Part shown: in pieces, positions 12,052-23,509 of the stretch | Numbering within the stretch: position 1 is the stretch's first letter | Layout: every line of letters starts with the position of its first letter | Assembly (NCBI RefSeq): GCF_041956535.1 | Contig: NW_027192196.1 | Location: forward strand, 514,921 to 578,920 | Direction: 5' to 3' | Length of the DNA stretch: 64,000 nucleotides | Source of the DNA: Calcarisporiella thermophila CBS 279.70 | Taxonomy: Eukaryota > Fungi > Calcarisporiellomycota | The notes under the pieces: model-generated | Told to the model about the DNA's origin: nothing | Database searches by the model: none | The model's input: the letters and a program-made list of their open reading frames with translations, nothing else | Position numbers and translations under genes: made by a program

Positions 12052-13321
12052 ATGGGGCGGCTCATCAAAGCGTTGGCCGTAGCGCTATTTATTCTATTTA
12101 TTTCGGGCACATCGCAAGTATACGTCTTATGGCCGTATTCTGAATGGGGTCTCAAATCTTTCGCCTTATACCTCTCCTTTAACGCATTGGTCATCTTGCT
12201 CTACGTCAATTTCTACCTTACCTACATAACGCCCTCCGGGCATCCCCCTGCTCAATGGGTAGGTCATCGCTATTGTGCAGTAGAGACGTCCGAAACGTGC
12301 ATGCTTAACTCAAATCTATGGCACAGAATCCTCATTGGACGGAGACCATTTCCTTAGCTACCCCGCGCCGAAAATTTCGATATTGCCGCACCTGTAATAG
12401 CTTTAAACCACCCCGAACTCATCACTGCCAGCACTGTAAGAAATGCATTCTCAAGATGGACCACCACTGTAACTAGATCTTTCTCTGTGTGACGGGGGCA
12501 ATCTCCGTGTCTAAGTTGTGTCATGCTTATGATGTAGGTCAGCTGATCGACAACTGCATCGGTTATCGAAATCTGGGGCACTTTGTTCGTTTCCTATTTT
12601 ACGCCGAGGTATCTTCCGTCTATTGCTTGGTTTTGATGGGCGCGTCGCTGTACGATACTCTCACAGGAATTAACAACCCAATGGTAACAACGGAGCTGCT
12701 TGGTTTCGAGAAGAGGCACCTCTTGACCCCTCCTCCTTAGAATCCTAGGATTCCTACATCCACGGCCCTGCTCTTTTCGGCCCTCAACTTCGCCCTGACT
12801 CTCTTCACCTCACTTTTAGCAGGAATGTTTCTTATTTCCCAGCTATTCTGTGTTCTTTCCAACACCACTACCATCGAATCGTGGGAGAAAGCCAAGGTGG
12901 ATAAATTAATCAGATCAAAGAGCATACCTCCGGTAATCAAAGCGCTCCTTGTCCCCTCTTTCAAAACATGCTTACCGCCTTCTTCTCGTAGACGAAATAT
13001 CCCTTCGATCTCGGAATTTACCGCAATCTCTGCTCGTTGCTTGGCCCTTCCCCCCTTTTTTGGTTGTTTCCCCAGCCGATGCTCGGGGACGGCCTCGCTT
13101 TCGGGTATGTGGACGGCACGGATCCATATGGATGGCCGCCCCGAAACCCGGAGGACCCGTCTCCGAGTTGGAGGGTCTATCGCGAGGATGGAGAGAGTTC
13201 GGATGACGAGGAAGAGAGGGAGGTGCTTGATTCGGAGCATGGCCCCATATCGGTCGTGGTGGTTCCCGAGAATGGATTTGGATTGAGAAAGGGGCGAGAG
13301 GGAAGGGCCAACGATGGCTGA
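12052..13321 (+). CDS. DHHC palmitoyl acyltransferase (Pfa4-like)
   Basis: Four TM segments, [31 protein letters not shown]...[21 protein letters not shown] (TTxE) and [11 protein letters not shown] (PaCCT). Confidence 0.9.
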
Positions 13322-14529
13322 GATTCTTTGTAGTTCTTTCCCTATTTCATATTTCCAGTATACCCTGTTGTTTCTTTTATTTATTTGGAAAGAATGCCAT
13401 GGCTTGCCATTCAAGCGATAATATTATCTGCCTACGACAAGGGCGATATGCGTGGATCAGTCTACGATAAGGGCCGAAATGTTTTGACTTAGATCCATGC
13501 CCTTATCATTTGCATACACAATCAGGCTTATACCTCTCGTAATCTTAACACAGGGAGGAGCATCCAAATATTCAGGTCGGATATAGGGCGGTAACCGGTA
13601 GCTTCCCAACCTTTGCAGGGCGTTGCAAAGAGACGCAGCCATGGAGCAGGGAACTAAATCTGCATCGACCGATCTGCTTCCTGATAACCTTATATTCAGG
13701 AAAAACCCATCTTGGCCATGGATGCACGTGAAAAGAATAAAAGCAGCAGCCATAATGGGGGTATTGCGACCAGGGAAACAGGCGAGGGAGGAAGAGAGGG
13801 TGAAGGCGCCGGTTCTCATGCAATGGCTCCAAAATGGAATGGATGAAACCGTCTCCAATCCTCCGTCCTGTTATGAGAAAACGGCCTTCCCACTTGCGAC
13901 CTCTAGGGAAGGCGAATAAGATTTAATAGTTTTCTTGCTTAGATGAAGATGCAGGCGCTAGCTGAAATTCACGGTGCCCCTATTCCGTGTATATTGTGAA
14001 GACAGGGCGAGAACTGGTTTTTTTTTTTTTCATCCCGGCGACTTTGATCTTGTGATGCGCTAGCGTCTAGCCGTAAACCCTCCTTCTTGCCCTTGGCTAT
14101 TTTTAATCCGGAGTGATGGATTTCTACAAAGGGGCAGGCTTAAGACGGGTGATACCTCGCATGTGAAGCAGGTCTTGATCTCGGATAACGAGAACCGTTG
14201 AGGCATGACCTGCAACCCTTTTGATTGAGCAAGCCTCAATCGCACACCAGGAATTTTTGGGAAAAAAAAAAGCTTTCTTTTTATTTTTTCGTGCCCCTTC
14301 TTCACCATCCTCAACATTCTTGTTTCCTCCCCTTTGTTCCAAGTTCCCATGTGAGTATGCATTGCTGGACTAATCCCTCCCGCGTTCCTCTGCAGCAACT
14401 CTATCGCGCTACCCTGACGCGACTCTATCTAGTTGCTTACCGATTTAGACCCAATCTTCGTTATTAGTGCTAACTGTGGCAACTTACCTTTTTGGATAGT
14501 GTAATGTTCCAGGCACCTAACGCTACAGA

Positions 14530-17500
14530 ATGACCGGTCAGCCTACCCGCGATCCGACCACCTGGTCTGGTCAACTACTCTCCGATGATCTCGCATTGAA
14601 TGGGGGCGATGGATTCGATAATTACATGTTTGACTCAGGATTGATTTCAGTTATGATTCCTACGAAAGACAACGCTTCTGCCGAATGGCACCAGCTCGAA
14701 TGCCCCTTGGGCATGTCTCCCACTGCGACATCCTTCCTCCAGCAGCCCCCTCTCCATCTTCATCAGCAGCAGCAGAACCCGCAACAGCACCTCCACCACC
14801 AGCACCCGCAACAAATACTACACCAGCAACCATCTCAGCAAAAACTGCATCACCCTCAAGCGCAACCCCAAGAACAACAACAAAAGCAACCACAGCAGCA
14901 GCAGTCACAACAACAGCAACCATTTGTTGAAATGGGAGAGCCGTTCCGACAGCCGTTGCATCCCGCAAGCCAATTGCAGCCGCACCAGGAGGCGACAGAA
15001 GGGGATGAACGTAGCCAACTTCCACCGAAACAAACGGAAAAGCGGCGCCGACTGAACGTGCCATCGCGCGAGATAGCGGACGCGACCTTGCAAAGTGCAT
15101 CCACGGCCTCATCTTCATCGACAACCCTAGGCGGCTACGGAGGTTCGCCTCCTAACCCTCGCGGGAACATGAACCACTTACGCCTTACACTCCAGGATGC
15201 TCTTATGAGCATGGGGGTGCATGGGAACGGCTACCCGGTCTCGCCCCGCCGCTCCTCGCTGCCATATGCCACTCACCACACCTCGCTCATGGGTGCTCTG
15301 TCGGGCACGGCTCAGATGCCAACCTCCCCCACCTCGATCTGGTCGCCCCGAAACTTCACTCCAGTCGTGAGTCCTCTACAAACCCCGCTCGAAACCCCCC
15401 AGCAGACCCCCCTCCACACCCCTGGACATACCCCATGCGCCACGCCGCCACAGCAGCTCTCGCCCCGCCTTCAGCCCATTTCGATCCCCTCAACTAGCTC
15501 GTCCGCTGGCCCATCGACCCCCAGCAACAGCCTTCCAAACAGCTTGCCGAGCGGAAGTCTTAGCGAGCTCTCCATCAGTGATACTCTCGCGGGGACCTCG
15601 CTGATGCCGAGTGGAGGCGGGAACATGGCGGCTGCGGCGAATGAGGATCTGCACCCTCGCTCTGATGATCCGCTGACTTGCGATGACGAGTTGGCGGCAA
15701 TGCATGCGCAGACGCCTATTTGCATTGGGATGATCTCCACCAACATTATTGGGGTGCAGAAGGTGCGCTTCAAGTTTGACGAAGGTAATGAGCCACTTAT
15801 TCTGCGATTCGATGGGTTTGGGCGAGGGAATGAAAACTATAGTGAGTGTGTTTTTTATAAGTCTTTGTGATCCTATTTTTTTTTCCTTTGAGTGGCCTAT
15901 GTTAACCTGGACGCCCGATCCCTCGTCTTAGCCATTCGGGTGTTCACCAAGGCTGGGAAGCAATTTGGATACGTCCCTTGGAATCCGGTTTCGAATACCC
16001 TCGGGCCCTTATACGATTCAGGGCTGGTGGTTCAATGGGACGCGTTCACGCCTAGAAACCGCCAAAATGTGAGAAACTTGATCTCCTTTTTCCGACCCCA
16101 ACGACACAAGCATAACCCCCTCTCTCTTCATTTTTCCCTTTTTCCCAACCTCCCCAGTGCACCGAGCCGCCTCTTAACCTGATCTTGGGCTGCCTGCCAG
16201 CCAATGTCGAAACGGTGGGCAATATTCTCGCCGAGAAAAGCTTGTACCTTCGAGACCCTCCCGTGAACGAGTTCCGGATGCGTTACCAAAACCCCCACAC
16301 CAATATTGCGCCCGTCCCGCGGCGCAACACCTTCAACTACGGCGCCACCTCTTGGATCCGTACGCCGCAACAGATGCAGCAAGACATCCAAGATTTGCTG
16401 AAGAGCGTCCCGTCCGAGCCAGTCGAGGTCTTCGATTCGTCCGAGATCAACACGAAAGATTTGCTTGTGCAGCTGCTTCCACACCAGCGTATGGGCGTAT
16501 CGTGGATGCTGGATCGGGAGAAGAAGTACTCTGGAGGGATCTTGGCTGACGATATGGGGCTCGGGAAGACGATCCAAACCATTGCCCTCGTTCTGTCGAA
16601 GCATGCGGAAAATGAAAGTCGCAGGACGACTCTGGTCATCGGGCCCCTCTCGCTGATGAAGCAATGGCAGAATGAGTTTGTGACCAAGGTCAAGCGCGGA
16701 ACCATCAAGGTCTACGTGCATCACGGCGCGAACCGACACAAAGGTAGGTGCTCGCTCTTTCTTCATTCAGATTGATAGAGGAGGCAATGAAACGTGTGAA
16801 ATTTTGCTTTCTGTTCCCCTCCCCCCCCCCCCCCTTCCCCTCATTCACCAAGACCCCGCTAAGCTGGCCCAGTATGACGTCGTCATCACCACCTACCAGG
16901 TGGTGTGTTCCGAGTGTCCCGAGGTTGCGGAGAAGAAAAAGCCCTCGAAAGACCGAGAGGTGCAAGCAAGCGAACTGGAAACCGGCGACACGGCTGGGGG
17001 CGAATTGGCTTCGGCGGATGGGCTTGGTCCACTGTTTAAAGTGAAATGGCATCGGGTCGTGCTTGGTATTCATGCTTGTTTTGTTTCTCCTGCGCTTTGA
17101 CGACTGATGGTTGATGTTTTGCGATTATGTCGGCAGATGAGGCGCATATGATTAAAAACCGCAACACGCGAGGAGCGATGGCTTGCCATGTGCTCGATGC
17201 GAAAATGCGATGGTGCCTGACGGGCACGCCAATTCAGGTAGAGTGGCAGCAAATAAACCTGCTAATTCATCTGCGATATGGAGGACTGACCGGGGCGTCT
17301 TTTCTTTTCCATCCCCCTGTAGAACAACGTCGAGGAGCTATACAGTTTATTCAAGTTCCTGCGGGCGAAGCCTTATGACGACTTCCACAAATTTAAGGAG
17401 ACCATCGCTCGTCCGATGCAAACAGGCAGTGCCCCGCAAGCGTTGGCGAAGCTCCAAGTGTTCCTCAAAACCCTCATGCTCCGCCGCACCAAGGCCGACG

Positions 17501-18760
17501 TCACCACTGCCGCCCCGGCCACCATGGCCACGGGGGGAACTCCCCAACCCTCCCTCCTCCACCTCACCCCCCGCAACATCGTCACCTGCACTGTGCGCTT
17601 TAGTACTCCAGAGCGCGAGTTTTATAATCTGCTGGAGCGCCGCACCCGAAGCACCCTCACCAGCTACCTCTCCACAGGCAAGGCAAACCACAACTATCTC
17701 AACATTTTGTGTCTGCTGCTGAGGCTGCGACAAGCGTGCAATCACCCACGCCTGGTACTCAAGGCGCTGGGCAGCGAGGACGACATCGACATCACCGTGG
17801 ACTCCACGTCCATCAATGGACTGTCACCCAACAGCCACTCGGTGCCGTCATTTTCGTTGGCAGAGCCCGGAGTCGGGGGCGGCGGAGCGGGCGCAGGAGC
17901 GGGAGCAGCCGTGGCGGATGTGGCCGTTGAGAAATTGCTGGGCAACACCAAGGTCAAGGGCTGTTCGATCTGCCTTGATCCACTGGCGGAGCCAACAATG
18001 CTCTATTGCCGAGAGTGCACGGACAAGTTTGTGAAATGGATCGGCAAATCCTCCTCGCTAGGGGCCAGTGATAAGATGGAGGCTGGAGGCGGGTTCCACA
18101 CCTCGACGAAGATCGAGAAAATGCTGGAGCTGTTGGATGAGACGCGGCGGCGGAGCCCTGGGGCAAAGACCATCGTATTTTCACAGGTAAGTTCTTGGTT
18201 GTGGCGGCATCCCATCCCCCTACTGACGTCTGATTTCCAACCCCTCAGTTCACTTCCATGCTCAACCTGCTCGAAGAGCCACTTACTTATCACGGATACA
18301 AGTTCTGTCGCTACGACGGAACCATGCCTAACCACCTCCGCGAGCGCAGCATAGAACTTCTGCAAACCGATCCCGACACGACCGTGATGCTCATTTCGCT
18401 CAAGTGCGGATCCCTAGGCCTAAATCTTAGCGCCGCCAACCACGTTATTCTTCTGGATGTCTGGTGGGTTGTCCTTTTCCTGGGCATGAAAGAGGCCATT
18501 AAGGCTGACCCGTGTGTGCTTTTGTTTTTCTCAGGTTCAATCCCGCCGTGGAGGATCAGGCCATCGATCGGGTGCACCGCATTGGCCAGACCCAGTCGGT
18601 GTTTGTCACCAAGCTGACCATCGAACACACCGTCGAGGACCGTATCAAGCTGTTGCAGGAACGCAAGCGCGAACTGATCAAGGGAGCTCTGGGCGAGAGC
18701 ACACAGTTGAAGCTTAACAAGCTTTCGCTGCAAGATATCCTCTATCTCTTCCGAGGCTGA
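14530..18760 (+). CDS. SNF2-family DNA-dependent ATPase, Rad5/Ris1(Uls1)-like, with polyQ N-terminus, HIRAN-like region and reduced RING
   Basis: GGILADDMGLGKT, DEAH, CLTGTPIQN, MLRRTK, LLRLRQACNHP, KTIVFSQF, GLNLSAANHV, QAIDRVHRIGQ. Multi-exon. Confidence 0.93.
14761..14919 (+). repeat. CAG/CAA-rich polyQ/H coding repeat
   Basis: HQQQQNPQQHLHHQHPQQ...QQQQSQQQQ. Confidence 0.85.
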
Positions 18761-19693
18761 AGGGGAGGGCGAGGACTTGCCTTCTCTCTCTCTTCTCTCA
18801 AGAGTAAATATAGGAATAAAGCAGAAAGTAAAAATGGGCCTATACATAGTATGGTTATCGGGTATTTCTATTTCATTTTCTTTAAGCGTGTATATTGATT
18901 TTATATCCAGGTTTTTTATTATATACTTCGTATATTTATATATATATATCCATTAGTTTATATCTTCCAAGTTTATTATATGATATCCCATATGCTTGAC
19001 ATTGTCAACTTTTATTTGTATTTTCTTTATTTCTCCCTTATGCTACGGACAATTTTTTATCTTCTCTTCTATGGCTGCGTATATTATGCATTATAAGTTT
19101 ATATATATAGTGTATCATTTCACATGGGATGCATAGCTTCTCTTCGATTCTTCTTCCTTCTACCTATATATATGCGTTCATAAAATTTACTCTTTAGCGT
19201 ATATAGCTATTTCTTTGATGAGTGATCGCTTTCTACTTTTATTCGTTTGCCCGTTTCGCTCTGAATTTTTTTTTCCTCCGTTTCTTTTAATAATATGGAA
19301 GATTATCATTACAGTAAGTGGGATTCTTTTCTTATTGTTAAAGATCGATGAAATAGGTTCCACTCGAGGTTAGAGAATAATAAAAAGGTTACAACATACA
19401 TTTTCAAAAAATGCAGCGGAAAGGTCCTGTCAAAGTGCCGGTCTTATCAAAGATCCTCACCAAGAGAAAAAAAAAAAAGGTCAAGAGGATACGCGGCACG
19501 AGAATAGCCGTGAGCTCCTAATAAATATTAGAAAGGTAAAAAAAAAACGAATATATATGTATATATTTGTATTTGTATTTATATAAATTTATATATATAT
19601 ATATTTGCATGTAGGTGTATGTAAAAAAATGCAAAAGGGCTAAAAACTTGAGATCGTAACTAACCATGAAAATAAAAAAGTAAATTAAAACAA

Positions 19694-22493
19694 TCACCGG
19701 CCCACACGCTGTAGAAAGACTTCTCCTGGATTTCTAGTCTGATTCTCTATTGTCTTAGTGGCGCGGACAGGCGAAGTGTGGGTGCCCGGAATGGCCGCAA
19801 TTTGGTCAAAAGTGGAGAGGGGGGTGGAATTGGCAGAGGTGGTGGAGGGTGGGGAAAAATGGGTTCTATGCTCCATGGACACGGCAGAGGAGGTAGAAGG
19901 CTGTCTAGGATACTGGTAGGGGGAGGCGGAATTAGGGTATTGCGCAGAGTTGGTTGAGCCGGAGATTGGAGGCTTCCTTGAGTCTATGTGCTGGGCATTG
20001 ACAGTGTTCAGTAAATTTTGGCGGCTATAAGGGGCCGACGTGGAGGGTGTGGCAGGAGATGCAGACATCGAGCGCTCTAATTCTTCTGGACTTGGATATT
20101 TACGATGAAACGAATCCAGCGAGGAGGTTGGGGCAGCCATCTTGGCCATGCGTGTGAGGTCGCTAAAATCGACGGCGGGTCTGATCAGGTTATCGGTGGA
20201 ACGCAATCGCGGAGGTTTCACCGGGGGGACGGGTTTGCTCTTGGGAGGCTCTCTAAAGGAAGAGCCGATAGCAGGATTGTGGAGTGAAGAGGCAGGGGAA
20301 GACGGGCTGGGCCAGGTGAAATCGTCAAAAATATCCTTCGAGGGGGGGTTGGGAGGCGGGGCTCTAAAGTGGGCCGGGCCATTCAGTGGATTGAAAGCAT
20401 CCGATGAGGTGGAGCCGACCGTAGAAAGGGTTGCGTGTTGCGAGACTGGAGCCGTGAAGACTTCCGATGAGGTGGCCGAATACGGTGGTATAGGGGTGTC
20501 TGTGACAGAGGACTGGGATGGTGACGCTGCATTCGAGATTGAGGATGAGGACGTGGGGAATATCGCGGGGGCAGGGGAGGGCTCGGAAAACTCGTCACCC
20601 TGTAGTGACACTCTTTTCTGGTTGCGCGGGAGTGTGATTTTTATCTTAGGCTGGGCGGAATCCTCGGTGCACAGCGTCGAGAACGCAGAGGTAAGCAAAG
20701 TTGTGTCGACGGGCTTGTTGGCGGCCTGAGCTGATTTTGCACCCGTGGTTTGGCCAGAATGATCGGATTCCAACGCGCCAAATTCAACCGAGCCGAAAAG
20801 GTCTAAATTGGCCGACTTCTCTCTGTCCTGCCGTGTAGGTCGACCGCGGCGCATAGGCGGGATTTGGTTTGAAGTCTGAGGAAAAGCAGCGTGCTGCTGT
20901 AGGCCAATCGGCTGGTGTGTCCCGACTGACTGAGGCTGGCCATTCGCGATGGGCGTAAAGGAAATGATGGAGGCGCTGTCGGTTTGTTGAGTCTCCGGGG
21001 AATAGTTTTGATAAATCTGAGAGGAGCCATTAAAAATCGATAATGGGTATAGATGTTCTGTCTAGCAAAACAGCTCCAAATACTTACATTGTAGAGTGGA
21101 CATTCCAACCCGCGTAGCTTGAAAACATAGTTGGCAACCTCGTAAATTGTTGGGCGCCGTGCCCCGTCCTCACTCAGCATCCATACTGTACCGGTGGAAG
21201 CGGAGGTTATTAGCCAAGTGGATTCAGAAGAAAAAAAATTGCCAAGTATACCTATTAGCCGCAGTAGCTCCTTAGAGTAAGAGGGACCATCCGGAATAGT
21301 ATATCTAGCATTGAGAATAGCTAGCTGCCCTTGATCCTCGAATGGAGTTGTGTAGAAACATAGTTTATAGAGAAGCACGCCGAGGGCCCATATGTCTAAT
21401 TTGGGGGGGGGTCAAGCTAAAGCTTTACAGGGCACACGATCAAAACCAATCACCTGCTTTCTCGTTGATAGGCTTCTTCATGCAAAGGTCAACCATTTCC
21501 GGGGAACGATATTGCAAAGTTGTATGCTTTTGGATGTCTTCTTCCATGAGTTGTATGTCACGCAACGAACGAGAAACATTCGTTTGAGGGTTGATTGTAA
21601 TGCACGACCCGAAATCACAGAGTTTGTAGGTATCATTATGCCCTATAAGAATATTTTCGACCTGGAAAGAGAATGAGGAAGAAGCTTTAGAATGAGCATA
21701 AAAACTGGGCTATACCTTTAGGTCTCGGTGAAGAATAGGCGGATTGCAGTAGTGCATATGCGCGACAGCCTAGAACCGTCCAAAATAAAAAGTTTAGCAA
21801 ATAGGCGATAGGAAAAGTTACACGCAACATACTTCGCAAATATCCGAGAATATCTTTAATATCATTTGCTCTGTAAGACGTGCCTGAAGCCGACTGTTCA
21901 TGAGATCGATAACTCCACCTCCTTTTGATATAAATATACAGTTGAGTATAGGGGCACGGGCTATAAAATTATAATAAACACGCGAGTAAAACATTATAAA
22001 GAGACATTACCGGGACAAAACTCCATAAGAATGAATGCGACATATCCATTATGCATTGGCATGACTTGAGAATCAATATATGTTACAATGTTCTTATGTC
22101 CATTAAGTTGCTTCTGTAAAATGATTGGATCGGGTGTTAGAGCGACATCCAAACTGTTTGAATGAGCATATACGCAGGATTGAGAAAATTACCATAATAG
22201 AAATTTCTTTTTCCACATTCGCAAGTCCCTCAGCATCTCCTACAGCTATCCGCTTCAAAACTGCTTCTCTCATGGAACCATCCTCGAGATATACATGATA
22301 CACGTGGGCAAATCCACCTGGCATTTCATTTGGATGAGCGGGATTATCGATTTATTATCCATTTCACTTGACATTTTGGCCATGGACACTTACCTTCTGC
22401 TAGGTATCTCGAGATGGATACTCTATACTTGCCGATCCTGAGTTGGGTTCCAATGGTTAAATTCCCCAATGGAACAGAATTTGAAGCGTCCAT
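19694..22493 (-). CDS. NAK-family Ser/Thr kinase (Ark1/Prk1/AAK1-like)
   Basis: YLAEGGFAHVY, AVLKR, HRDLKVENIL, DFGS, TTLQYRSPEM, LLYKLCFYTTPFE. Long S/P-rich tail with PVPPVKP SH3 ligand. Confidence 0.92.
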
Positions 22494-23509
22494 TTGTACA
22501 AATGAAGAAGCTTTGGAATACAAAATTGTATATAATATAGATGTTAAATAAAGCTGGTGAAGAAAGTGACTTAAATCTGCCTCCTCCCAGATGCAGGAGA
22601 ATCTAGTTGAAGGCTAAGAAGTGGAGATATAGAATACCAAGATAGAATTTCTCCTAAAAGAGTGAAGCGATTCTGATGCGCCACAAGGGGATGTTGAAAG
22701 CACTTTTATATTGAGCAGTATAAGCTGCAAGAGAGGTCCGGTGAGTATCTCGGAAACGATCCAACGCCATGTTTGTGGTTATGTCTATTTTATGAGTAGT
22801 AGAGCATATATGACTGCAGTTATTGAGATACTATCGTGCAGTTACAAGCCCATACACGCTTCAAGCTGATATCCAGTATTTTTTTTCCAAGTTTTGGCTC
22901 CAAGTGAATGCAAAAAGCTCAATGCGCAGAAGTATTGGATTAGAACCTTCTCTTCTGGAAAATGGGCATTTATTCTGATGCACATTGGATGCATGGTAAT
23001 CGCATTTGAAGAAGGCCAATCTACTTGGGTAGGATCACCAGCAGCTGACGGTGGTGTGAGATATTCTTGGATAGGAAAGCCATGGTTGTAGTGAGCCCAA
23101 ATGGGTGATGCCAAGAAATTCAATTTGGGTGAAAATTCACGCACGTTTTGTTTCTCCATATACTTTCTCCTCTGAACAAATGATTGTATACTCGCCAAAA
23201 CAAAGCGCTTTGCTTTATCAGTTTCTTTCTCCATGCATCCTCAAAGGATCATGAGGTCTCTACTTGCAAATTGCATTGGCTCCCTTGCGCTAAGGAAGCA
23301 GTTTGTTCCCCTCAAAACTTTTAATGCTGACTGTTGAACATTAGAAATATAGAATTATATTGATTTGGATGAAAAATTTGACAACATTTTAAAAATATAA
23401 CACAATTTGCATTCAATCATGAACCATAAGATTATATACAAGTCTCCGCGCGCTATATGACAATAAATAAAAAAAATTTATATTACAAAAAAAATTTTTT
23501 TTCAGACAC

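Noticed and set aside
18840-19690. Very AT-rich, (TA)n-containing tract
   Set aside because: It lies between convergent stops and is consistent with 3' UTR/terminator sequence. No TIRs or periodic array seen.
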